In this document: piece after piece, positions 24,453 to 37,195 of the stretch
Position numbering within the stretch: the first letter of the stretch is position 1
How the letters are laid out: each line of letters opens with the position of its first letter
NCBI GenBank assembly: GCA_030390025.1
Contig: CM059432.1
Coordinates: 145,392,001 to 145,456,000 of the forward strand
Direction: 5' to 3'
Source: Squalus acanthias
Taxonomy: Eukaryota
Length of the DNA: 64,000 nucleotides
The notes under the pieces: model-generated
What the model saw: only the letters and a program-made list of their open reading frames with translations
Databases searched by the model: none
What the model was told of the DNA's origin: nothing
Program-made: the position numbers and the translations under genes

Positions 24453-25340
24453 TAAGACGGGACTTCGTCTCCACAATGACTGTGCGGTGGTCACTGCTAC
24501 CAATACTGTCATGGACAGATGCATCTGCGACAGGTAGATTGACGAGGATGACGTCAAGTAGGTTTTTCCCTTGTGTTGGTTCTCTCAACACCTGTCGAAG
24601 GCCCAGACTGGCAGCTATGTCCTTCAGGACTCGGCCAGCTCGGTCAGTAGTGGTGCTACCGAGCCACTCTTGGTGATGGACATTGAAGTCCCCCATCCAG
24701 AGTACATTCTGTGCCCTTGCTACTCTCAGTGCTTCTTCCAAGTGGTGTTCAACATGGAGGAGTACTGATCATCAGCTGAGGTAGGGTGGTAATCAGCAGG
24801 AGGTTTTCTTGCCCATGCTTGACCTGAAACCATGAGACTTCATGGGGTCTGGAGTCAATGTTGAGGACTCCCAGGGCCACTCCTTCCCGACTGTATACCA
24901 CTGTGCCGCCACCCCTGGTGGGTCTGTCCTGCCGGTGGGACAGGACATACCCAGGGATGGTGATGGAGGAGTTTGGGACATTGGCTGAAAGGTATGATTC
25001 TGTGAGTATGACTATGTCAGGCTGTTGTTTGACTAGTCTGTGGGACAGCTCTCCAAATTTTGGCACAAGTCCCCAGATGTTGATGAGGAAGACTTTGCAG
25101 GGTCGACTGGGCTGGGTGTGCCATTGCCGTGTCCATAGCCGGTGCCGAGGTCGATGCCGGGTGGTCCGTCTGGTTTCATTCTTTTTATTGTTGTGTTTTG
25201 TAGTGGTTTGTTACAACTGAGTGGCTTGCTAGGCCATTTCAGAGGGCAGTTAACAGTCAACCACATTGCTGTGGGTCTGGAGTCACATATAGGCCAGACC
25301 AGGTAAGGACAGCAGATTTCCTTCTCTAAAGGACATTAGT
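24453..25340 (-). mobile_element. LINE A 5' segment: 5' leader and APE endonuclease
   Basis: NIWGL...DIVILTESYL, GGGTVVY, WMGDFNVH, SDH motifs. The whole LINE is flanked by gcct (approx. 9175-9178 and 25341-25344). Confidence 0.88.
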
Positions 25341-25749
25341 GCCTGCTTTGCCCTTCACATCTTTGCATTTCAGGAACAGCTGCACTTTGACATGGCTGAG
25401 GAGACACTTGCTCCCTTGGATGCAGAACAAAATGGAGCAGACCATCAGAATGAACTGCACTCCAAGGAGTCCTCCGTGACTGCTGCAAGCAGCTTCAAAG
25501 GACAGATCATATCTGAAGTCTTCTCTTCATTGCAACAATTACCTTTCACATCGCAGCCTGACTGTCTTGCAAATTAAATCAATCCAGTACCCATTGTACT
25601 AAATGACAACACATCAGCTGATATAACCGTGCCAGTAATCATCACCTGAGTGAATAAGTTAGCACCAAATAAGTGCACCATTTTCTGTACAACTGGAACC
25701 TCCATGAATAACAAATGCCATGGCAGCGCACAATCTACGTTAATACAAT

Positions 25750-26479
25750 GGCCCAAAAATTCGTGAGGAAGCCTTCGTGCGAGGGTAAGGCCTCCCCGCG
25801 ATCTCTCACTCCGCGTTGGCTTTTTCAGTTCCAGCTCGCACGAACTTGATGTTCTGGACAGCTGCTGTGCTGGGCTTGCGTATCCCACCGGCGTAGTTAA
25901 TTCGTGCGAGCTGTGACTCAGTTAGAGCCAATGGCAGCACACCATCTTCCATTCATAACTTTCACATAAGTGCTGTGAAAGTTATGAATACTATAGCCCC
26001 CCAAAAGAACCGCTAAACCTCAATTAAATTAAAAAAAAACCCATCACATTAATAAAATAAGTATAGTTAAATAAATTAACCATTTTAAATAAAAAATTAA
26101 ATTTTTGAAAAAATTTAAAATCTTTTAAAAAGTTATAAAAATAAACTTACCTGTCTTTAAAGTCTCTAAAAAATATATACCTGTTAAAAAAAATTCAAAA
26201 TAATACTTAATTCACTACTTACCTTGTTAAAAGTGGGTCTTACTCCTTTTTTTATGTCTAGAATCTTCCGTACTTACCTGCGTGTTGCAACCACTAAGTG
26301 CACAGCGTGCGCGCAGCCTGTAGCGCGCACGCGGTTCACCTAGGACCCGCCCCCTTTTCCATTCACCAAGTGCCGGTTTTCAGCGCATGCGCAGTGCATG
26401 CAGAAAACCGGCAATTGGAGACAGAATACGCGAGAGTACACAGTGCGTACTCTCGCGTAGCGGCACTAATTTTTGGGCC
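25750..26479. mobile_element. Harbinger-type MITE
   Basis: TIR ggcccaaaaatt / aatttttgggcc, TSD AAT. Confidence 0.85.
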
Positions 26480-27014
26480 AATAATTGCAAAGTGCACACA
26501 ATTACCCTACTCTTTCCTACCACCGTGCTTCCCCTGCGTGCCTTCACACCTTTCTATCACCTATTCTATTGCTCCCTCTAAAGGCTGCCTGAGAACCAGG
26601 ATCATAGGAGGTGGTTGGCTCCTCATGCTTTACAGAAGGGTCATTGGACTGAGGTGGTCCTTGTCTCATGGCAGCTTGCTCCTGGCAGGGAGCAGCTGTT
26701 GCCTGCATCCATGGAGGCTTCTGGGCAGCCTGCTCTCGCCTCCCACCTTCCACTGGTGTGGTGCTCTGAGGGGGAAGGCTGGAGGCCTGGCATGTACTGC
26801 TGTCTTGCATCAGGCAGGTGGACCCCTGGTCTCACCATTACACTTAGCCTTGGATCTGCAGCCCCAATGATAAGCAGACGGCTGCTCTAATGACAACTCT
26901 CATATCCTCAAAGCCCTGAGACACTGCATTCACCACAGTCTCAAAAGGGGTATCTACGCTGTGCATCATTCTGTCCCCTACTGCTCCAGAGCTGCAGTTT
27001 ATTATCCATGAGAC

Positions 27015-28148
27015 CAAGGCAGCATTTGACCGAGTGTGGCATCAAGAAGCCCTAGTAAAATTGAAGTCAATGGGAATCAGGGGGAAAACTCTCCACTGGC
27101 TGGAGTCATACCTAGCACAAAGGAAGATGGTTGTGGTTGTTGGAGACCAATCATCTCAGCCCTAGGACATCACTGCAGGAGTTCCTCAGGGCAGTGTCCT
27201 AGGCCCAACCATCTTTAGCTGTTTCATCAATGACCTTCCCTCCATCATCAGGTCAGAAGTGGAGATGTTCGCTGATGATTGCACAGTGTTCAATTTCATT
27301 CAAAACTCCTCAGATAATGAAGCAGTCTATGCCCACATGCAGCAAGACCTGGACAACATTCAGGCTTGGGCTGATGAGTGGCAAATAACATTCACACCAC
27401 ACAAGTGCCAGGCAATGACTATCTCCAACAAGCGAGAATCCAACCACCTCCCCATGACATTCAACGGCATTACCATCGACAAATCCCTCGCCATCAACAT
27501 TCTGGGTGGTCACCATTGACCAGAAACTTAACTGGACGAGCCACATAAATACTGTGGCTACAAGAGCAGAGGCTGGGTATTCTGTGGCGAGTGACTCACC
27601 TCCTGACTCCCAAAAGCCTTTCCACCATCTACAAGGCACAAGTCAGGAGTGTGATGGAATACTCTCCACTTGCCTGGATAAGTGCAGCTCCAACAACACT
27701 CAAAAAGCTTGACATCATCCAGGACAAAGCAGCTCGCTTGATTGGCACCCCATCCACCACCTTAAACATTCACTCGCTCCACCACCGGCGCACTGTGGCT
27801 ATGGTGTGTACCATCGACAAGATCCACTGCAGCAACTCGCTAACGCTTCTTCGATAGCACCGCCCAAACTTGCCACCTCTACCACCTAAAAGGAGAAGGG
27901 CACTTGGGAACACCACCACCTCCAATTTCCCCTCCAAGTCACACACCATCCTGACTTGGAAATATATCACCGTTCCTTCATCGTCACTGGGTCAAATTCC
28001 TGGAACTCCCTCCCGAACAGCACTGTGGGAGTACCTTCACCACACGGACTGCAGCGGTTCAAGAAGGCGGCTCACCACCACTTTCTCAAGGGCAATAAAT
28101 GCTGGCCTTGCCAATGACGCCCACATCCCATGGACTAATAAAAAAAAA
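27015..28148 (+). mobile_element. 5'-truncated LINE A-family copy
   Basis: KAAFDRVW, PQGSVLGP, MFADD, YKAQVRSVMEYS; same 3' tail followed by poly-A. Confidence 0.9.
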
Positions 28149-28546
28149 GCATTGACAAAGGCTCCTAAAGGTGTCTGGAGCATTTCCAAATGAGCATTCT
28201 GCCATTTGCCTTAAATTGTCTGCATCCTTTTAAATTTTCCCCGCACACTGTTTTCTGGTTCCACTGGTGTAAATGGAACTCGTTAATGCTCAGTCCCACC
28301 ACTAGGCTGCCTCATTGCACCTGTCCAAATGTGCAATTGGAGCTGTGAATGAGCATATAAATAGACTGACCCCCGAAAAGTGAGTGCTGGCAGTGCATGA
28401 AAATTGGCTCCCACAGGTTAGCAAATTTGTGTAGCAAATTAAACTTGCATTAGGATATGGGAAATGGATTATGTATCACATAGGAGTTGAACTAAAAAAT
28501 GCAAACACGAGATTTAACTTGGAAATTAGAACTATAATGGAATTAC

Positions 28547-28785
28547 CGAGAAGAACTCCAAGTGAATCCAGGAGTGTATCGCCAAAAAATAACTTAATGT
28601 GTTGCTTAGCATGTTCTACGCTGGAGGAACCATGAAGTCCATTCTGTAAAATACTTGTGTCAAACTGAGCTCGAAGGGAATTTGGAAAAGACGTCTTTGC
28701 CAACTCAAGGTCTGCAGGTCCCATCAATTCCCTCCAGTCCCTAACAGCATTCTCCTTGGTAAGAATCATGATCACTGATGGACCC
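28547..28785 (-). CDS. NME8: NME8-like exon: end of NDK domain 3
   Basis: ag|G GPSVIMILTKENAVRDWRELMGP...SLRAQF...NGLHGSSS...IKLFFG G|gtaatt; 239 bp, phase-consistent. Confidence 0.92.
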
Positions 28786-29048
28786 CTGAAACAACAGAAG
28801 GAAAACTGCTAACAGTCTGAAATACACCAGCTGATATCCATGTTACATTATCTGCTTTTGGTAGGGCCTGATTGAATGGGTGTAATTTAACTTTCATCTA
28901 CAAATATGTAATTGTCTTTTAAATGGGAAAATAATGCGACACTGCCCCTGCATCACACGATTCCCCTAATCCCACCTGAATATTGGAACTGCTCTAGTGT
29001 CACACTAGAAAGAGGAGTCAGTACTTGGACCAGATAATAAAATAAAAT

Positions 29049-31562
29049 AATAGCAAAATACTGCGGATGCTGGAAATCTGAAATAACAACAGCAAACGCT
29101 GGAAAAACTCAGCAGGCCAGGCAGCATCTGTGGAGAGAGAAACAGAGTTAATGTTTCAGGTCTGGGACCCTTCATCAGAACAGGAAAAAGCTGGCTATGT
29201 AACAGATATTAAGTAGGTGCAGAGACAGGCGGGGAGGAAGGAATTGAAGGAACATACTGTGCTTTTGTAAGAGGCAGGAAAGATAAAATGTTGCAAATGG
29301 GAATGGCAAAATCATACAGCATGAAAAATGGGGGCAGGGGTTATAGTTTGAAATTGTTGAACTCAATGTTGAGGCCAGAAGGCTTTAAAGTGCCTAATCG
29401 AAAGATGAGGTGCTGTTCCTAGAGCTTACGTTGAGCTACATTGGAACAATGTAATAGGCCGAGGACAGAGAGATCAGAGTGGGAGTGAAGCGGTGAATAA
29501 AAGTGACAGGCGACCGGAAGCTCAGGGTCACCCTTACGGACTGAACGGAGGTGTTCCGCAATGTGGTCGCCCAATCTGCGTTTGGTCTCCCCAATGTAGA
29601 GGAGACCGCATCGTGAGCAGCGAATACAGTATACTAAATTGCAAGAAGTACAAGTAAATCGCTGTTTCACCTGGAAGGGGTGTTTGGGGCCCTGGACAGT
29701 GGGAAGGGAGGAGGTAAAAGGGCATGTGTTGCATCTCCTGCGCTTGCACGGGAAGGTGCCAGGCAAAGGGGAAGGGCTGTTAGGGGTGATTGAGGAGTGG
29801 ACCAGGGTGTCGCGGAGGGAGCGGTCCCTTCGGAATGCTGAAAGGGGAGGTGAGGGGAAGATGCGTTTGGTGGTGGGATCACGTTGGAGGTGGCGGAAAT
29901 GGCAGAGGATGATCCATTGAATGTGGAGGCTGGTGGGGTGAAAGGTGAGGACAAGGGGAACCCTATCATGGTTCTGGGAGGGAGGGGAAAGGGTGAGAGC
30001 AGAAGTGCAGGAAATGGAACGGACACGGTCAAGGGCCGTGTCAACTACAGTAGAGGGGAATCCTCGGTTGAGGAAAAAGGAAGACATGTCGGAAGCACTG
30101 GTATGGAAGGTGGCATCGTCAGAACAGACGCGGTGGAGACGGAGAAACTGGGAGAATGGAATAGAGTCCTTACAGGAAGCGGGGTGGGAGGAAGTGTAGT
30201 CCAGGTAGCTGTGGGAGTCAGTGGGCTTGTAGTGGATGTTTGTCGAAAGCCAATCGCCAGAAATGGAGACGGAGAAGTCAAGGAAGGGAAGAGAAGAGTC
30301 GGAGATGGACCATGTGAAGGTGAGGGAAGGGTGGAAATTGGAAGTAAAGTGAATGAACTTATCAAGTTCAGGGCGAGAGCAGGAGACGGCACCGATGCAG
30401 TCATCAATGTACTGGAAAAAGAGGTGAGGGAGGGGACCTGAGTAGGACTGGAACAAAGAATGTTCCACATATCCCATGAAAAGGCAGGCATAGCTAGGGC
30501 CCATGCGGGTTCCCATAGCAACACCTTTAATTTGGAGGAAGTGAGTGGAGTCAGAGGAGAAGTTGTTCAAAGTGAGAACAAGTTCAGCCAGGCGGAGGAG
30601 GGTGGTGGTGGATGGGGACTGGTTGGGCCTCTGTTCAAGGAAGAAGCGGAGCGCCCTCAGGCCGTCCTGGTGGGGGATGGAGGTGTAGAGGGATTGGACG
30701 TCCATAGTGAAAAGGAAGCGGTTGGGGCCAGGAAACTGGAAACTGTTAAAGTGACGGAGGGCGTCGGAAGAGTCGTGAATGTAGGTGGGAAGAGACTGGA
30801 CAAGGGGAGCAAAAATAGAGTCGAGATAGGAAGAGATAAGTTCCGTGGGGCAAGAACAGGCTGAAACGATGGGTCTACCAGTGCAGTCCTGTTTGTGGAT
30901 CTTGGGAAGGAGGTAGAAGCGGGCTGTGCAGGGTTGGGGGACTATGAGGTTGGCGGCCATGGAGGGAAGATCTCCAGAGGAGATGAGGTCAGTGACAGTC
31001 TTGGAAACAATGGCCTGATGTTTGCTAGTGAGGTCATGGTCCAAGCGGAGGTAGGAGGAGGTGTCGGAGAGTTGGCGTTCAGCTTCCGCACGGTAGAGGT
31101 CAGTTCGCCAAACAACAACAGCACCACCCTTATCAGCAGGTTTAATGATAATGTTTGGGTTGGATCGGAGAGAACGGAGTGCTGCAAGTTCAGAGGGCGG
31201 TAGGTTGGAGTGAGAGAGGGGAGCAGAGAAATTGAGACGGCCGATGTCACGTCGGCAGTTAGCAATGAAAAGATCTAGAGAGGGTAAGAGGCCAGAGGGA
31301 GGGGTCCAGGTTGAACGAGAATTTTGAAAACAGGAGAAAGGATCAGCTGTGCGGGGCAAGATTCCTGGCCAAAGAAGTGGGCATGGAGGTGAAGGCGACG
31401 GAAAAAGAACTCAGCATCGTGCCGAGCTCAAAATTCATTGAGGTGGGGGCGTAAGGGGATGAAGCTCAGGCCTTTGCTGAGGACTGATCGTTCGGGGTCA
31501 GAGAGGGGAAGGCCAGAGGGGATAGTGAAAACACGGCAGGGGGTGAGATTGGAAGAAGGGAT
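29049..31562 (-). mobile_element. Penelope-like retroelement, inverted arm (RT + GIY-YIG; ORF 29419-31359)
   Basis: IKPADKG, YLLPKIHK, GRPI, DVQSLYT, GVAMGT, YIDD, FLD, CxxC, LVY...YIGET motifs. Confidence 0.93.
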
Positions 31563-34207
31563 GTCTCTGCACCTGCTTAATATCTGTTACATATCCAGCT
31601 TTTTCCAGTTCTGATGAAGGGTCCCAAACCTGACCTTTCTGATGTCAAGGATCGCAAGCTTCATCAACTCTTGGACACCAACGCTCCTCCGGAACCTTCT
31701 TTCCCTTCACTTTCCTCTGACCCCATCCCTTCTTCCAATCTCAAGCCCTGCCGTGTTTTCACTATCCCCTCTGACCATCCCCTCTCTGACCCCGAACAAT
31801 CAGTCTTCAGCAAAGGCCTGAGCTTCATCCCCTTACGCCCCCACCTCAATGAATTTTGAGCTCGGCACGATGCTGAGCTCTTTTTCCGTCGCCTTCGTCT
31901 CCGTGCCCACTTCTTTGGCCAGGAATCTTCCCCCGCACAGCTGATCCTTTCTCCTGCTTTCAAAATTCTCGTTCAACCTGGACCCCTCCCTCTGGCCTCT
32001 TACCCTCTCTAGATCTTTTCATTGCTAACTGCCGACGTGACATCGGCCGTCTCAATTTCTCTGCTCCCCTCTCTCACTCCAACCTACCTCCCTCTGAACT
32101 TGCAGCACTCTGTTCTCTCCGATCCAACCCAAACATTATCATTAAACCTGCTGATAAGGGTGGTGCTGTTGTTGTTTGACGAACTGACCTCTACCGTGCG
32201 GAAGCTGAACACCAACTCTCCGACACCTCCTCCTACCTCCGCTTGGACCATGACCCCACTAGCAAACATCAGGCCATTGTTTCCAAGACTGTCACTGACC
32301 TCATCTCCTCTGGAGATCTTCCCTCCATGGCCGCCAACCTCATAGTCCCCCAACCCTGCACAGCCCGCTTCTACCTCCTTCCCAAGATCCACAAACAGGA
32401 CTGCCCTGGTAGACCCATCATTTCAGCCTGTTCTTGCCCCACGGAACTTATCTCTTCCTATCTCGACTCTATTTTTTCTCCCCTTGTCCAGTCTCTTCCC
32501 ACCTACATTTACGACTCTTCCGACGCCCTCCGTCACTTTAACAGTTTCCAGTTTCCTGGCCCCAACCGCTTCCTTTTCACTATGGACGTCCAATCCCTCT
32601 ACACCTCCATCCCCCACCAGGACGGCCTGAGGGCGCTCCGCTTCTTCCTTGAACAGAGGCCCAACCAGTCCCCATCCACCACCACCCTCCTCCGCCTGGC
32701 TGAACTTGTTCTCACATTGAACAACTTCTCCTCTGACTCCACTCACTTCCTCCAAATTAAAGGTGTTGCTATGGGAACCCGCATGGGCCCTAGCTATGCC
32801 TGCCTTTTCATGGGATATGTGGAACATTCTTTGTTCCAGTCCTACTCAGGTCCCCTCCCTCACCTCTTTTTCCAGTACATTGATGACTGCATCGGTGCCG
32901 TCTCCTGCTCTCGCCCTGAACTTGATAAGTTCATTCACTTTACTTCCAATTTCCACCCTTCCCTCACCTTCACATGGTCCATCTCCGACTCTTCTCTTCC
33001 CTTCCTTGACTTCTCCGTCTCCATTTCTGGCGATTGGCTTTCGACAAACATCCACTACAAGCCCACTGACTCCCACAGCTACCTGGACTACACTTCCTCC
33101 CACCCCGCTTCCTGTAAGGACTCTATTCCATTCTCCCAGTTTCTCCGTCTCCACCGCGTCTGTTCTGACGATGCCACCTTCCATACCAGTGCTTCCGACA
33201 TGTCTTCCTTTTTCCTCAACCGAGGATTCCCCTCTACTGTAGTTGACACGGCCCTTGACCGTGTCCGTTCCATTTCCTGCACTTCTGCTCTCACCCCTTC
33301 CCCTCCCTCCCAGAACCATGATAGGGTTCCCCTTGTCCTCACCTTTCACCCCACCAGCCTCCACATTCAATGGATCATCCTCTGCCATTTCCGCCACCTT
33401 CAACGTGATCCCACCACCAAACACATCTTCCCCTCACCTCCCCTTTCAGCATTCCGAAGGGACCGCTCCCTCCGCGACACCCTGGTCCACTCCTCAATCA
33501 CCCCTAACAGCCCTTCCCCTTTGCCTGGCAACTTCCCATGCAAGCGCAGGAGATGCAACACATGCCCTTTTACCTCCTCCCTTCCCACTGTCCAGGGCCC
33601 CAAACACCCCTTCCAGGTGAAACAGCGATTTACTTGTACTTCTTGCAATTTAGTATACTGTATTCGCTGCTCACGATGCGGTCTCCTCTACATTGGGGAG
33701 ACCAAACGCAGATTGGGCGACCGCTTTGCGGAACACCTCCGTTCAGTCCGTAAGGGTGACCCTGAGCTTCCGGTCGCCTGTCACTTTTATTCACTGCTTC
33801 ACTCCCACTCTGATCTCTCTGTCCTCGGCCTATTACATTGTTCCAATGTAGCTCAACGTAAGCTCTAGGAACAGCACCTCATCTTTCGATTAGGCACTTT
33901 AAAGCCTTCTGGCCTCAACATTGAGTTCAACAATTTCAAACTATAACCCCTGCCCCCATTTTTCATGCTGTATGATTTTGCCATTCCCATTTGCAACATT
34001 TTATCTTTCCTGCCTCTTACAAAAGCACAGTATATTCCTTCAATTCCTTCCTCCCCGCCTGTCTCTGCACCTACTTAATATCTGTTACATAGCCAGCTTT
34101 TTCCTGTTCTGATGAAGGGTCCCAGACCTGAAACATTAACTCTGTTTCTCTCTCCACGGATGCTGCCTGGCCTGCTGAGTTTTTCCAGCGTTTGCTGTTG
34201 TTATTTT
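31563..34207 (+). mobile_element. Penelope-like retroelement, forward arm with partial pseudo-LTR at its 5' end
   Basis: ORF 32243-33868 has the same motifs; 31562-31632 repeats 34060-34131. The composite is flanked by taataaaataaaat. Confidence 0.93.
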
Positions 34208-34538
34208 TAATAAAATAAAATGTTTACCTTCAATTAAGAGAAATCCAAGGGTAAGTAGGAGGCAACTTTGTATGTGGATGATGAAATATATTTGAAAAGT
34301 GAGGAAGATGATAATAAATGACGTAATCAAAGATTCAGCCACATGTGTACAACAACCATATTTGAATGAGTAATACAAAATTTTATAGAAAATGAGATGT
34401 GCCCTCTGACTTAATTTTGGGGTAAGCAGAGAAAACAAAGGGTGGGTTTTACTAATGTGCGCTCCCTGTGAAGAGCTTTGCGTGCCAAGAGTCCATATCG
34501 GGAATTCAGGCATGGAGATGAGTGGGCCCCACTCATCA

Positions 34539-36054
34539 GAACATAAGAAATAGGAGCAGGAGTAGGCCATTCAGCCCTTTGAGCCTGCTCCACCATTCAA
34601 TAAGATTATGGCTGATCTTCTATCTCAACTCCACCTTCCTGCACTATCCCCATATCCCTTGATTCCCTTAATATCCAAATATCTATCAATCTCTGTCTTG
34701 AATATATTGAACGACTGAGCATTCACAGCCCTCTGGGGTAGAGAATTCCAAAGATTCACAATACTTTGAAGAAATTTCTCCTCATCTCAGTCCTAAATAG
34801 CCGACCCCTTATTCTGAGACTGTGACCCCTAGTTCTAGACTCCCCAGTCAGGGGAAACATCCTCTCAGCATCTACCCTGTCAAGCCAATTAAGAGTATTA
34901 TGGGGGAAAAATTCAGTATCACCCCACTGGGGCGCAATTATCGGCCGGGCGCAAAGATTAGCGCCTGGTGCAAATTATCGCCTCCAACTGCAAACTTGAC
35001 TTTTATCGCCTCTGGAGGTGATTGGAGGGCTAAATCAGGCGCTACACATCTGTCTTAGGGCGCAAAGGCCGAGGAGCGAGGCGCTAACTCAGAGCGCTGG
35101 CGAAGCTGATATGATGTCAGTCAGCAATGGAACACACACACAATGGCGCCGGCCAGTTCTTAAAGGGGAGGGTTGATCTTGCTTTCCATCCACATCCTAC
35201 TCATTGTAGCCTTGAATCTCGGCCTGGAGAGACCTGTACATCAAGTCTGCTGGAAAGAACAATGGAGAGAACCAGGGAAAGAGCTCAGAGTGCAACCCCC
35301 ACAGTCTCTTCTAAATCGATACAAGGAAGGGCAAATCAAAATGAACCTGCAAAGTGCTGCTTAGTACCCAAAACTCCTTCACACAGCGTTGAATCTCTCC
35401 AGAAGTCTCTCTTTCTCTCTCTCAGAATGCGTGGTTCAAAAATGTCACCAACAAAAAAAGGCAGGAAGCAGTCACCTTTAAATAGCACTCCCCCAGTCCC
35501 TTCCTGACTACAAAATGCTCCCCTCAACCTGTCGTTGCTAGCGGCAGGCGGTAAGGCAATGGGCGCCACTCAATATCCGCTCTGGGGTGGTACCGGGGCG
35601 TTGCGCACTCGACTGACGTCACGATCTGCCGGCGCAGGAGATCGTGGCGGTAGTGTTTAGCGCCGCCGCAAAATGTCTAGTTAATTTCGCGAGCGGTGCA
35701 AACATCGCCGCGCCCGGGTGCTAGTTGCTTTGCGCCCCATTAGCGCCCTCTTAAGGCGCTAACGGGAGGCGCAACCAACTGAATTTTCTCCCCCATATGT
35801 TTCAATGAGGTCACCTCTCATTCTTCTAAACTCTAGGGAATATAGGCCTAGTCTACTCAATCTCTCCTCATAGGACAATCCTCTCAAGTCAGGAATCAGT
35901 CTAGTGAACCTTCATTGTACTCCCTCTAAGGCAAGTATATCCTTCCTTAGGTAAGGAGACCAAAACTGTACAGAGTACTCCAGGTGTGGGCTTACCAAGG
36001 CCCTATATAATTATAGTAAGACTTCTTTACTCTTATACTCCAATCCCTTTGTAA
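34539..36054 (-). mobile_element. CR1 3' fragment interrupted by a MITE
   Basis: Reverse complement resembles 23830-24450. Confidence 0.85.
34902..35793 (-). mobile_element. Non-autonomous Harbinger related to the 14392-18664 element
   Basis: Terminal ~400 bp homologous to the left end of that element; retains Myb start MERTRERAQ near 35262; TSD TAT/CAT. Confidence 0.88.
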
Positions 36055-37042
36055 TAAACTCTTTCGATTAATGAGGCCTCATTCTGTTAATGGGCAGGCG
36101 GGAAACTATTTGAAACCAGTGGTTTCCTGGCAGAAACTCGCTGGCAGTTAAAGTTCTCCTTAATGTTTATGGAGGCATGTGTAAGCACTATATTAAAATG
36201 ATAAGGCTTGCAGTCATAGGGCTAAAGACAGGTTCAAAGTGGTAAGTTCACCTGATTTTGGTCATTCGTCCCTGATTTTTGTGGCCTAGATCCCTATAGT
36301 TGGTTCAGAGGTTGATTGGGAGCATTCTTTTGATGACTTAAATACATGGGATATACTGGTTACTAAGCTGGATGAGTTATGAATGATGAACATCGCATTT
36401 TCTGATACAATGCGCTAAATAATATATTTTTGGTAATTTTTTTGTGCTCATTAACCTTAGGTCTTTCCAGACTGAGTTAATGTAACATTCTTTGACTTTG
36501 GTCTTCCAGTGTCAACCTAACCTCGGCTCCTCCCTTTATGTGTTTCATATTTCTATTACCCACAATTTTTCTCTGAGAAAGACTGCCAATTTAAGAATAG
36601 TCTTACCAAATCTACTTCATGTAGAACCCTTACACATGGCAGAGATAACCAGGTATAATTTCCATGAGGGGGGTTCTCCGATCTCACGATGTAGCTACAG
36701 AGGAAACACTGGAGAAGATGCAATAATGTCTGTTTATGCTGTTTCCCTGGACTTTCCACCAATGTTGCGCTGAGGTTAAGGCGGGAGATTAGAGATTCCC
36801 CGTGAAGATATTTTCATTCCATTGGTCCAGGTTGCATTCCAATTAGATCCCTGTACTGAAAGGATCATGGTTAACCCATTCTTTGTCTCATTTTTTGGCG
36901 ATACTGCATTTATCATACATGGACTGGAGATTACTAAGGAGTTGTGCATCTTTTCTATGATATTTGGGGTCTTTACGGTACATGGGGAGTGGGTGAACTC
37001 AGTTCCAACAAACAAGGACTATTTGCTTTAGCAGATACTTAC

Positions 37043-37187
37043 TGAGATATGTATTCTATCAGTTGGTTGAAGTATGGCTCTTCTTCATGATCTTTGTAGA
37101 ACTCTGCTGCTATCTCTTGGGACATCTCAACTGTTTTCACTGCAGAGATTGTAAAGCTTGCGTCTTGGATCTTGGCTATAATAGCAT
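37043..37187 (-). CDS. NME8: NME8-like exon: NDK domain 3 middle
   Basis: ag|AT AIIAKIQDASFTISAVKTVEMSQEIAAEFYKDHEEEPYFNQLIEYIS CA|gtaagt; 145 bp. Confidence 0.92.
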
Positions 37188-37195
37188 CTAGGGTT

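Noticed and set aside
34228..34372. Candidate NME8 exon next to a GTAAA donor-like site
   Set aside because: No frame resembles NDK; the expected 145-bp exon is at 37043-37187.
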